A DNA stretch of 64,000 nucleotides, taken from NCBI GenBank assembly GCA_951406725.2, contig OX597831.1, forward strand, positions 43,772,001 to 43,836,000, written 5' to 3'. Positions 1 through 11,705 of the stretch are shown here, piece after piece. This DNA comes from Octopus vulgaris. Its lineage: Eukaryota. Made by a program: the position numbers and the translations under genes. How positions within the stretch are numbered: position 1 is the first letter of the stretch; every line of letters begins with the position of its first letter. Under the pieces are notes generated by a model, which saw only the letters and a list, made by a program, of their open reading frames with translations, had not been told where the DNA came from and did not search any database.

Positions 1-403
1 TTCTTATTTGGGTCTTACTCAGAAAATAGATTAAAAATTAAAGCATTAATAATTGAATAAACGAAAGCGACATTCTGCTACCAAGTAAACGTAGGAATTA
101 ATTAATTAATTAATTTATTAGTTTGTTTGTCGGAGGAAAATATTTCAAATGGATTAAAATATATTATGCGATGTCGATTTGTAATAATTTTTCAATACAC
201 AGAACCAATAAATGTTTATTCGTGTTGCTTTCAAACTGATATTTCCTCACGTTTTATTGTATTTATTTTCACCCTGACGCTTCAAAATGTAAACACACAC
301 TCACACGCGCGCGCGCGCGCACTGATATGGTTACCTTATCTTTTTTTAAAGGTTACAGAATTCATCATGTCAATAACAATCCCGTCTTCATTATCACAAT
401 ATT

Positions 404-415
404 CTCTCTCTCTCG

Positions 416-458
<43 letters not shown>

Positions 459-513
459 ACCTCTCTCTCTTTTCCCTCTCTCTCTTCCTCCTCTTTTTCT
501 CTCTCTCTCTTTC

Positions 514-599
<86 letters not shown>

Positions 600-608
600 T
601 GTGTGTAT
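404..608. repeat. Compound microsatellite (CT)n-(AT)n-(GT)n
   Basis: Read directly; explains the low-complexity ORFs at 127-762. Confidence 0.95.
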
Positions 609-859
609 GTCCTACTTCCGTTTGACAACGGTTGTTGGTTTGTTTATGTTTCCGCAACTTAGCGGCTCGGCAAAAGAATCTGATATAGAATAAGTACCAA
701 ACCAAAAAAAAAATGTAATGGAGTTGATTTGTATGAGTAAACCCTTTAAGGCAGTGCTCCATCAGGGCCGCAGTCCAGTGACTGAGACAAGCAAAAGATA
801 ATAGATAAAAGAATCACCATGTCTGAATCTCTCGGGTCATCTATCCATCAGCAACAGCA

Positions 860-1040
860 GGAGGCGCAATGGCCCAGTGGTTAGGGCAGCGGACTCGCGG
901 TTTCGATTCCCAGACAGGGCGTTGTGTGTGTTTATTGAGCGAAAAGACCTAAAGCTCCACGAGGCTCCGACAGGGGGTGGTGGCGACCCCTGTTTTACTC
1001 TTTCGCCCCAACTTTCTCTCACTCTTTCTTCCTGTTTCTT
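860..1040 (+). mobile_element. tRNA-derived SINE, family C (head GGAGGCGCAATGGCCCAGTGGTTAGGGCAGCGG), partial
   Basis: A-box-like TGGCCCAGTGG and B-box-like GGTTTCGATTCC; homologous to 17566-17752 and 37440-37740. Confidence 0.8.
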
Positions 1041-1142
1041 ATCCCCGACTTCCTACGCAACCGCTGAGCCTGGATGCGCATTCATCCATCCGTCGATGCT
1101 CTCGGTGTCGGGGGTTGACCTGCTTTCTCTTCTGCGGGTCTT

Positions 1143-1281
1143 AGTAGCTTGCTCACCAACCACATGGTTCCGGGTTCAGTCCAACTGCGTGGCACCTTGG
1201 GCAAGTGTCTTCTACTATAGCCTCGGGTCGACCAAAGCCTTGTGAGTGGATTTGGTAGACGGAAACTGAAAGAAGCCCGTC

Positions 1282-1355
<74 letters not shown>

Positions 1356-1845
1356 TTGTGTGTCTGTGTTTATCCCCGCAACATCGCTTGACAACCGATG
1401 CTGGTGTATTTACGTCCCCGTAACTTAGCGGTTCGGCAAGAGACCGATAGAATAAGTACTATGCAGTCATTTGACTGTGGCTATGCTGGAGCACCGCCTT
1501 TAGACGAGCAAATCGACCCCAGGACTTATTCTTTGTAAGCCTAGTACTAACTTTATCGATCTTTTTTGCTGAACCAATAAGTTACGGGAACGTAAACACA
1601 CCCGCATCGGTTGTCAAGCGATGCTGGGAGGACAAACACATATACACAAACGTACACACACACAAACACACACACACACACACACACATACATATACACG
1701 ACGGGCTTCTTTCAGTTTCCGTCTACCAAATCCATTCACAATGCTTTGGTCGGCCCGAGGCTATAGTAGAAGACACTTGCCCAAAGTGCCACGCAGTGGG
1801 ACGGAATCCGGAGCCATGTGGTTGGTAAGCAAGCTACTTACTACA
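1143..1845. mobile_element. Tail-to-tail inverted pair of family A SINEs (+ 1143-1460; - 1462-1845)
   Basis: Both match the family A copy at 33081-33480 (GGTTCCGGGTTCAGTCC..CCTTGGGCAAGTGTCTT..ACGGAAACTGAAAGAAGCC, microsatellite, TTGACAACCGATGCTGG..CTTAGCGGTTCGGC). Confidence 0.9.
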
Positions 1846-2504
1846 CTTCTTGCAATTAGAAAAATGAGGATAATGAAAAAAAAAAGTAACTGTTGCTATG
1901 CAACATTACCAGTGATATAGCTAATAGGAGAACCAAGGGGAGCGACCGTTCTCTGTGAGCACATTTTTCAAAATTGGCGCCTTTCATATACATTACTGTA
2001 TATTATCCATATTGGCAAAAACATATTCCAAAATTACTCCTCACATGACAGACAAGGGTACAGTTCAGTGTATTTCTATTCATTGTCGTCTTCCCGCAAA
2101 ACTGACATTTACTAGTCATTTAATTATTTTAAATTGGTCCAGGGTCATCGAGTCGGTCGCTCTACCAAATGAGAGAGGCTGATTACTACGAAAAATAACG
2201 GAGAAAAGTAAAAGTAGTTTCAATGAGATTAGATCCAACATACTAAAATCTCTTTGTACAACGAAGATGCAAAGCTGAGTGATTAAACAAGAAGTTCGTT
2301 TCGCTACCACATTGTACTGCCCTGACTCTGTGACCTCACTTTCTATCATAACTTCACTACAGTGAACTAAGTCCGTGATTAGCTCGTTAAAATGGAAAAC
2401 AGTAACCGACGGCGCTATTGTTCACCAATTACCATATAAGATAAATAAGATAAATATAAAGAAAAATATGACCGCCATACATATTATTTATCTTTTAGTT
2501 GCAG

Positions 2505-2664
2505 TCAGTCGGTGTGGTTAAGAAACTCACTTTCCAACCATGTGGGTTCGGGTTCAGTTCCGCTGTGCGGCGCTTTTGGGCATGTGTCTCCTACTGTAGT
2601 CCCGAGTCGTCCAGTGCTTTGTGAGTGAATTACCTGGACGGAAACTGTGTAGGAGCTCGTCGTG

Positions 2665-2695
<31 letters not shown>

Positions 2696-2790
2696 ATGTG
2701 TTTTTCCCCAGCACCACCACCAGCACCACTTCACAACTGATGATGTTGGTTTGTCTACGTCCCCGCAATTTAGCGGTGTCTGCTAGAGCA
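2505..2790 (+). mobile_element. Diverged family A SINE
   Basis: Degenerate head and body motifs (GGTTCGGGTTCAGTTCC, ACGGAAACTG, CGTCCCCGCAATTTAGCGG). Confidence 0.75.
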
Positions 2791-4335
2791 GGAGTCAGTG
2801 AACAGGGGTAAATTACCCCAAGTGAGGGTAAAAATGAAATACTTGGGAGTAATGACAATTCCTTAGACATAAGTAAAATTATATAAAAAAAACGTGTTCC
2901 TTGTTACGACAGAATTTTTTTCTGGCAACACTGCATCTGTCCAATGTAATGGACGTGTAAATAAATTCATATAAATAGATTCAATAAAATATATTCAATA
3001 AACCTTTTGAATTCAAAGAGTCTATGATTTTCTTCCTTTCAAATCAAAGGAGTAACGTCGGCGTAAATGTATATATTTTGGAGTAACAGGTTAAAAAATT
3101 TCCCCGACTCCTGATTAAATGTCAGATTTTAAAACAAACAATTAGATCGAATTGTTCGACTAAATCCTTTAAGATTGTGCTCTGGCATGGCTGCAGTTTG
3201 ATGACTGAAAAAAGTGTAGCATAAAAGACACAAAGAATAATTGAAATTATGTAAATCGTAAGAATACTAGCAGTGGTATGAACACATTTACAGTGTCGGC
3301 TATATTACACAGTTCTATGATGTATCAATCCGCAAGGAGAACTTCTATGTACCTTTGTTGATTATGAGAGCACAAAAGGTAACACGTCGATTAACAAAAT
3401 CCTCTAAAGGAATAGGATTAGATTTCAAACACCTCAACGTCTAAATCTAAAGCAACAGCAAGGTCGAACTTACTAATGTTACCTAAATAAACTATGGTGA
3501 ACAACTATAAAAACGTATCTGTACACGGCCAGCACTTCTGTGGACTGGATGCCTGGTACGTAAATTAAAAATTAACTCTGACTTTGATGAACGAATCCAA
3601 TCTGATTGTGACAACAGAAGCAACGTCATCTGCAATAAAATATGTATTTGAAAGACTTGCTACATCTCATGCAATATAGATAACAAATGCTGCTTGTGTG
3701 ATGTGTTTACTTAATGTATCACAACGTTTCTTGGGCATCTATCCTACAATAAGTCCAATAAAATGCGTCAGGAGACACAATAAGGTAGAGAAACTACACC
3801 ACAAATGTCTGAGTAATTTCGACTCCTTCGAGTAAAAAAAGAAAAGCACTTTTATCTGAACCTTCACTTAACTAAGAAAATAATAATGTGAAAATATTAC
3901 GCGATTTAAGTATACAGAGAGACCATGTAGTAGTCCTGTAGTCCTGTTGTTTTGGTTTTCTGGTTTATATTCTATGACAAAAATGGCAATTTTGCCCTAA
4001 TTGTCGACATATGGCTGTGAAGTTAAGAAGCTCGTTTTGCAACCACATGGTTTCGGGTTCAGTCCCACTGTGCAGTATCTTAGACAAGAGTCTTCAAGTC
4101 TTCAACTATAGCTCCTGACCGACCAATTCCTTGTTAAATGAATCTGATAGACGGAACTGTGTGAAAGCTTGTTGCGCGCGCGTCTTAAAGGCGTAAAGAA
4201 CTCCGAGTTTTTAAAAGGCGGATAATAATCAAGAAAATATTCCTAAATCTTTTTATGTTGCGGATATATAGAATCTAACAAAAGAATGAACAAAACATCT
4301 AAAAACAGCTCAACATGCTCATAAAAATATTATGC

Positions 4336-4850
4336 TTGGAATAACATGCAAAGAGCACAAACATGTCTCCGGAATGACCTTCAGAGACCGTTCAGATATT
4401 ATGTCATGAATTACGTTGAAAGACTAAAACCACATTATGTTTGGAACGACATACAAAGACCATAAAAATTGTCTGGAACGACATACTTAGACCACAAGCG
4501 CATTGTATCTGGAATGACATACAAATGCTGCTAACATTGTCTGGAATGACGTTCAAAGACCATAAACACATCATGCCTTGAATAACGCGACAAAAACCAC
4601 AAACATCTTTGTTTGGAAAGACGTACAAAGACCATAGTAACCTTATGTTGAAAATGACAGTCAAAGACCACAGGCACATGTCTGGAAGTGATGTATAAAG
4701 ACCATACATGCATCATTATTTGGAACGACGCACGAAGACCTTAAACATTATGCTATGAATCACATACAAAGTCTATAATCGCATTCTGTTTGGAATGATG
4801 TACAAAGGCCACAAACACATGCCCGAAAATCACGTACAAAGACCATAAAC
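4336..4850 (+). repeat. Degenerate ~35-38 bp minisatellite (consensus roughly TGGAATGACATACAAAGACCATAAACACATTATGTC)
   Basis: GGAA(T/C)GAC..AAAGACCA recurs about 14 times at regular spacing. Confidence 0.75.
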
Positions 4851-5001
4851 CAACGAAATAAATGCGAGAAGCAAAATTTAAAGAACATTTTAAAATCGAT
4901 AAATTCATTGAAAGAGAAATTGATTTAAACACGACACGAGGATGAGCCACTTTCAAGAAATAGAACCTCGGAGAGAAATTTGGCAACGCGGATCAAATGT
5001 G

Positions 5002-5888
5002 GAATCTTTGTGGTTATCATCACTATCTACAATTTTGTTCCAATTGTTTTCAAATTTGGTATATGGATTATGTTTTGTATACTAATTATGAAAATGAAAT
5101 TCATTTTTCCTATAAATCCACAATTAAAAAGTTATTAGCCTTTAAAATTTGCAAAATTTGGGGGTTTTAACCAATCAGAAGCGAGTATTTTATACATCAC
5201 CGTGAAGTTCTGTTAGCATATTAAGCAAAGCGGCACAACGTGTTCCATAGTTGACTACGAAGAACATAGTTTCCACAGTAACCAAAGATTTGCGCATGCG
5301 CACAAGGAGTGTAATCAACAAACTAGGAGTACCTGGGCATCTTTAAAGCGTGTAAACAAACGCCGCTATCGGACATACCGTTCCATGGTTGATTCTTATC
5401 TTTGTGAATTTATGTGGAGGAGATATGAGACAGATGATCTATTTTATAAAATCCTAGAATGTATCGCAAACATTCGTTCTTGAATTTTTCAACTAATAAA
5501 TATCTATTTTAAGCAATGTTTTGACTGTTATTTCTAGCAACTCCTGTTGGTTTGCTCGTAGCTTTTAGATATTTAATTTGCTCGCGAATGTTTTAATGTT
5601 TTTCACTGTTTACTGTAGCTAGCTTAATGTTTTGACATGCCGGTGACCCTCCCCCACACCTTCTCACTACTGCGACAGATGATGGAAGGGGCAGCGAACA
5701 CGCTGTTTTCTGGTTGGCTGAAAATTCTGAAAATTATCAAACTTTGAACATCTGTAACATTTTCGCAAATTTTTTCTGAAATAAATGAATAACAAATTTG
5801 GATTCAGCGTCAAAAAGTACATATATATGATACATTAGAAATATTTTTTAAAGATTTCTACTTGCAGTAACGATTACCACAAAGATCC
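5002..5888 (+). mobile_element. Merlin (IS1016/ISXO2-related) DNA transposon, internally deleted
   Basis: TIRs GAATCTTTGTGGTTATCATCACT / AGTAACGATTACCACAAAGATCC; perfect 8-bp TSD CAAATGTG (4994-5001, 5889-5896); 5328-5483 translates STWASLKRVNKRRYRTYRSMVDSYLCEFMWRR, resembling the Merlin/ISXO2 C-terminal S.W..K...YL.EF.WR motif. Confidence 0.8.
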
Positions 5889-6318
5889 CAAATGTGCTTG
5901 ACCTCTCAGAAATCAAAGAGTCATGAGCATTTAGGAGGTGTCCTTGAACATAGTTACAGGCTCCTCTTAGTTCTCTCGGAGTACCGGACTAATGTGCTGT
6001 CTGAACCCCTTTCTTATAGGGTTTGACAACAGTTATGAGAAAATGATAGCATATTCAACTCTAAAAGGCCGCAAATCAAATACAGGACGACAAGAAGCAA
6101 ACGGAAATATGAATTTGATAAATTTAACAAACATTAAAGATCAAAAATTCTAAACCAAAAGTTATAGAAAAATACTAAGCATACTTTAAGCTAAAACAGG
6201 AAAATCAATGGTTGGTTTAATAAATACATACATATACAGATTCACGCATGCGCACGTAAACACATGTATTAGCATACACAAGTGTCTGTATTCTTAAATG
6301 TCATTCTTAAATGACTTA

Positions 6319-6708
6319 AACCGCTAAGTCATTTTATCAATCTCCTTTAGCGAACCGCTAAGTCATTTTATCGATCTCGTTTGTCGAATTGCTACGTCAT
6401 TTTATCGATCTTGTTTGTCGAACCGCTAAGTCATTTTATCGATCATTTTTGGCGAACCGCTAAGTCATTTTATCGATCTTGTTTAGTGAACCGCTAAGTC
6501 ATTTTATCGATCACGTTTGGCGAACCGCTAGGTCATTTTATCGTCTCGTTTGCCGAACCGCTAAGTCTTTTTATCGATCTTGTTTGGCGAACCGCTAAGT
6601 CGATCATGTTTGTCGAAACGCTAAGTCATTTTATCGATCATTTTTGGCGAACCGCTAAGTCATTTTATCGATCTTCTTTTGCGAACCGCTAAGTCATTTT
6701 ATCGATCT
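6319..6708 (+). repeat. ~34-bp minisatellite (AACCGCTAAGTCATTTTATCGATC..TTTGGCG), about 11-12 copies, SINE-derived
   Basis: Unit matches the minus-strand family A SINE segment TTCTATCGGTCTCTTTTGCCGAACCGCTAAGT. Confidence 0.9.
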
Positions 6709-6937
6709 AAAGAAGAATTAGACTTTTCTGTTATATTTTCTATAATGAACTGAAATACCTATGTTTCGAATTTCATCAAAATTGCAGATGAGGGTTATTT
6801 CCCTCTTTACACACCCAAACAAAATTGTAATCGTGCCACATGTATCCCATACTACTGATTTTTATGCGCATATTCCAAAATTCCAGTCTTATCGAACCTG
6901 TTAAAAGTATTTGCTCCTGAAAATGTAGGTCATGGAG

Positions 6938-7147
6938 ATCCAGGTGACAGGCACAGCAGTAAGATGCATTACGAATCTATAGCAATTGGAAGGGCGTGAC
7001 CCAACTGAAATAAACATTAACAACTGTGTGACGTGAGGGCTAAGGAGAAATGAAAGTTGGAGTTTGCAAATGACCACTATACTGATACGTAACTGGACAG
7101 AATATATATACAATCTATAAATATACAATCTATAAATACATACATGC

Positions 7148-7180
<33 letters not shown>

Positions 7181-7492
7181 CAGTGGCGGCCAAAATGTTC
7201 AGGACGGCATTGTTTTCGTCAGAAAAGTAGATATAATCTTTTATCAAAGTTGTTTTATATTCTATAATTTCCACAGACAATAAATACAATATTATTTGTT
7301 ATAGCCTGAGATTTTGGTGTAATTTGAGAGGATAATACAAAAGTTATGGATGATTTAGTGATTTACTGCAAAACCCATGGCGGCCAAAATGATCAGAACG
7401 GTTGCTTTTGCTCCGTGTTTTAGTATATTTAACCGGCGAACTCTAATGTTTTGAATTTGTTTACGTGACGGTTCGTTTACTAAACATTAGTA
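6938..7492 (+). repeat. ~555-bp direct duplication of 7654-8206 (flank plus left TIR of the Tc1)
   Basis: Near-identical from ATCCAGGTGACAGG to AAACATTAGTA; includes a second left TIR starting at 7181. Confidence 0.95.
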
Positions 7493-7860
7493 TTTTAAAA
7501 TGGGTCATATCTATTGTTTGAATTTCTTTGAAATAGGAAATATATGTTCACTGGGTTTGTAAAAGAGAGCAAAGCTACAGGAAACCAAAAGACGAATGAT
7601 CACAATAAGCAGTCTGCCTAATCGTTACCACTCCCAATGTAGGATTCCTCACCATCCAGGTGACAGGCACAGCAGTAAGATGCATTACGAATCTATAGCA
7701 ATTGGAAGGGCGTGACCCAACTGAAATAAACATTAACAACTGTGTGACGTGAGGGCTAAGGAGAAATGAAAGTTGGAGTTTGCAAATGACCACTATACTG
7801 ATACGTAACTGGACAGAATAAATATACAATCTATAAATATACAATCTATAAATACATACA

Positions 7861-7894
<34 letters not shown>

Positions 7895-7897
<3 letters not shown>

Positions 7898-9514
7898 TGG
7901 CGGCCAAAATGTTCAGGACGGCATTGTTTTCGTCAGAAAAGTAGATATAATCTTTTATCAACGTTGTTTTATATTCTATAATTTCAACAGACAATAAATA
8001 CAATATTATTTGTTATAGCCTGAGATTTTGGTGTAATTTGAGAGGATAATACAAAAGTTATGGATGATTTAGTGATTTACTGCAAAACCCATGGCGGCCA
8101 AAATGATCAGAACGGTTGCTTTTGCTCCGTGTTTTAGTATATTTAACCGGCGAACTCTAATGTTTTGAATTTGTTTACGTGACGGTTCGTTTACTAAACA
8201 TTAGTAAGAATATTTGCAGTGTACATTGTTAATATAATGCCACTTACTCCGTTACCAATTCGTCAGCAGATTATTAATCTTCGAAGGAAGGATAATTTAA
8301 GTATTGGATCTATTGCAAATATTGTTAACAAGTCAAAAAGTGTTGTACACGGTATTCTTAAGGTCTACGATGTTTGTGGTTCGTGTGAAGCAAGAAAGTT
8401 TACAGGTAGGCCAAGAAAAACGACCAAGAGAGAAGATTGTGCTATGGTAAAGTTGGTTAAAAAGGACAGATTTAAAACTGCTGCTGCTGTTTCTCGGAAA
8501 ATGAGCACTGTATTGAAGAAAACTTATCTCGAAAAACTGTGTCTCGTCGTTTAGTTGAACATGACCTACAAGCAAGAGCACCTGCAGTGAAGCCACTGAT
8601 CAGCTCCAAGAATAAAAAAGTGTCGTCTTACCATTGCAACCAAACATGTGTTGTGGTCTCAAGAAAAATGGCAAACGGTGCATTTCAGTGATGAATCTAA
8701 GTTTATGTTATTTGATTCTGATGGGAAAAGGTACGTTCGTAGAAAAGTAGGTGAAAAATTGTCGCCTAAATGCCTTAAGACTAGTGTTAAATTCGGTGGA
8801 GGAAGTGTCATGGTTTGGGGGATGATATCTGGAGATGGTGTGGGCCCTTTGGTGCGATTACATGGAAAGGTAAATGCAGGAGTTTATAAACAACTTGTAA
8901 AAGATCATGTCTTGCCTGTGCTGAGAAATTCAACTAAGCGACCACCCATATTCATGCAGGACAATGCCCCATGTCACAAGGCTAAGGTGGTCATGAACTT
9001 CCTCAAGGCTGAAAAGGTTATTGTTATGGATTGGCCTGCTCAAAGCCCAGATCTCAATCCTATTGAAAATGTATGGAATATTCTAGGAGAACGTTCGAAA
9101 GCCAGAAATCCTAAAACAACTGAGCAATTATGGAATGCCCTTCAGGAAGAATGGAATAAGATCACCCAGCAAGAAATTGAAAATTTAATTTCCTCATGCA
9201 GATGTCAGAGTGTGATTGAAGCTAAAGGGCTTCACACTAAATATTAAATAATTCCAGTATTCTCTGTCATTTTTGATTATTTTGTTATTTTTTCAACCGT
9301 TCTGATCATTTTGGCCGCCATGGGTTTTGCAGTAAATTACTAAATCATCCATAACTTTTGTATTATCCTCTCAAATTACACCAAAATCTCAGACAATAAC
9401 AATTAATATTGTATTTATTGTCTGTGAAAATTATAGAGTATATAACTACTCTGATAAAAACTTTTACTTACTTTTCTGACGAAAACAATGCCGTTCTGAA
9501 CATTTTGGCCGCAA

Positions 9515-9517
<3 letters not shown>
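7895..9517 (+). mobile_element. Full-length Tc1-family DNA transposon (~1623 bp), IR/DR-type ends
   Basis: ~224-bp TIRs (7895-8118 / 9294-9517) starting CAGT and ending ACTG, flanked by TA within (TA)n; each TIR has two direct repeats GCGGCCAAAATG(T/A)TCAG(G/A)ACGG. Confidence 0.95.
8237..9247 (+). pseudogene. Tc1 transposase (DD34E), frameshifted
   Basis: N-terminal HTH region with GRPRKTT (ORF 8219-8554); catalytic part FSDESKF..VMVWG..MQDNAPCH..WPAQSPDLNPIENVW (8648-9247) with 34 residues between second D and E; frameshifts around 8520-8640. Confidence 0.93.
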
Positions 9518-9599
<82 letters not shown>

Positions 9600-9714
9600 T
9601 GTATGTATGTATGTATGTATGCATGCATACACACACACACACACACAAAGATAAATTGTGTGAGCAAACAAAAATATGAGATACTGCCTAGTGGATTTTT
9701 TTTTCATTTTGATA

Positions 9715-10008
9715 AACCTGGTACTTATTTTATCGGTTTCTTCTTGTGAAACCAGTAAGTTATGGGGATGTAAATAAACGAACACCAGTTGTGAAGCAGT
9801 GATGAGGGAGAAACACAAAGATACACACATAGACTTACATATACATACAATTGATTTCTTTCAGTTTCTGTCCACAAAATCCACTGACAAGGCTTTGGTT
9901 GGTCTGAGGCTTTAACAGAAGACACGTGCCAAGTTACCACACAGTGGGACTGAACTGAGGACCATGTGTTTTGGAACGAAGTTTGTTACCACACAGCTAC
10001 ACCTGCAC
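9715..10008 (-). mobile_element. Family A SINE
   Basis: Reverse complement of family A head and body. Confidence 0.8.
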
Positions 10009-10069
10009 CTGTGTGTGTGTATCGGTGTATATATGTATGCATGTATATATGTGAATATATATGTGTACA

Positions 10070-10106
<37 letters not shown>

Positions 10107-10191
10107 CTATTCATATACATGTATACATATACATCTTTATGTATAGAAATAAATGTATACATATACAGCTATACACACATACAGAGATATA

Positions 10192-10229
<38 letters not shown>

Positions 10230-10485
10230 TATGTGCAGGTGTGGCTGTGTGGTAACAAACTTCGTTCAAAAACACGTGGTTCTGTGTTTAAATTTAAATT
10301 AAAAATAATAAGGGTGAGAAATTGAATATTAATTTGATTGACATGAATTGAAAACCAGTAGTGTAGCATACAAGACCATAGCGGATCTTCTTTTAGCAAA
10401 ATGGATGTCCACTGTCAATGGTTCATCCCTCTTACATAATAGTTTGACTTTAATAGTTTCAGAATTAAAGTGAAAGTATCTGACT

Positions 10486-10771
10486 TTACAATAGAGAGAT
10501 GTTTTTGTTTCACTTTTAACACGTAATGCTGAAATAGTGGAGAAGATATGATATTGTTGTAGACTCGTCCTAGGCAAGAAGTTCGAAGTTTTTTTGCCCA
10601 TTCATAGTGGAGAAGATATATTGCTGTGGGCTCGCCCTAGGCAAAAAGTTTAAAATTGCCCATGACACTCCCTGAACCCTAAGTAAGGCATGTGTAAAAT
10701 TTGAATGAAATTGGTTGTGTAGTTCTCAAGTTTTAGGGAAACACACAGACAGACAGACTCACATTCTCAGT

Positions 10772-10778
<7 letters not shown>
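10486..10778 (-). mobile_element. Non-autonomous Helitron-like element, 5' part (copy 1)
   Basis: Minus strand opens (TA)n-AGACTGAGAATGTGAGTCTGTCTGTCTG..CAACCAATTTCATTCAAATTTTACAC, the style of Helitron-N 5' ends; homologous to 16483-16830; internal repeats of GGGCTCGCCCTAGGCAAGAAGTT. Confidence 0.55.
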
Positions 10779-10817
<39 letters not shown>

Positions 10818-10837
10818 CACACACATACATATATATT

Positions 10838-11700
10838 TGGAATGAACAAAATACGAAGACGGGTGTTTAAACAGCTAACAGGTTTATTAGTTTAACACTC
10901 CGGACTTAGAAAATTTATATAGGGAGTACTACTGATTTTAAAATTAGATATAGGGGACACAAGAATTCATTTATTCACCCCTATATAAAAAATTCCACGA
11001 CATTAGCATAATACTTTAACCACCTCATACAGTCTAACATTGAGTATAATTAACGATGATCGATAATTACTGAATTAACACCATGGAACACATATACTAA
11101 ATCGTATAGGCTTTGCATCAAGGAATCGAGTAGCATACTATACGCTAGTAATAGAAATAAAGACATATTATTAAATAAAATTACAGACATTTTAGTATGC
11201 TGTAAGCATAAATATTTAGCGTCTTATAATTTTCTTAAACATTAAAATATAATTTTTTAGAATATAAAAGCTTTTTGAAAATACGGTCCAGTTAGATCAT
11301 TAGGTCCAATGCACAAACCCGTAATCTTAAATTATTTTTTTATAGTAATCAGTACAAAGTGAAATATTCCCATTGGCTATTATTTGCATGATAAACTAAA
11401 GTTAACCTTTCAATGATTTTCATTTCTTATTTAAACGTGGTAATCCTCTTGAAAATCTTCAGAAAATCTTCGAAACTCAAAAACTGAACTTTCACCAACT
11501 GAATACTCACCATGTAGTGCCTTAATGCTTTTTGCTGGATTTTACCTCGAGAAAGAAACCCTGAGGAAGGAGGGCTGAATTTCGAATACTTCGTACAACC
11601 ACTTTTCTGAAAAAGCTGTAGGTTAGGAAAAAAACTTTAATCGCCTCTTTCAATTTAGGTTTTTATTTTTCATGTTTATATTCATATTTCATTGTTATGT
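10838..11700. mobile_element. Penelope-like terminal remnants
   Basis: 10840-10900 is an inverted homologue of the tail of the elements at 16041 and 50011; hammerhead-like motif at 11557-11624. Confidence 0.45.
11557..11624 (+). ncRNA. Degenerate type I hammerhead ribozyme motif (Penelope-type)
   Basis: AACC-CTGAGGA-long stem II-GAAAA-AGCT-GTA-GGTT; stem I AACC/GGTT; C>A change breaks the palindromic stem III. Confidence 0.5.
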
Positions 11701-11705
11701 TTATA

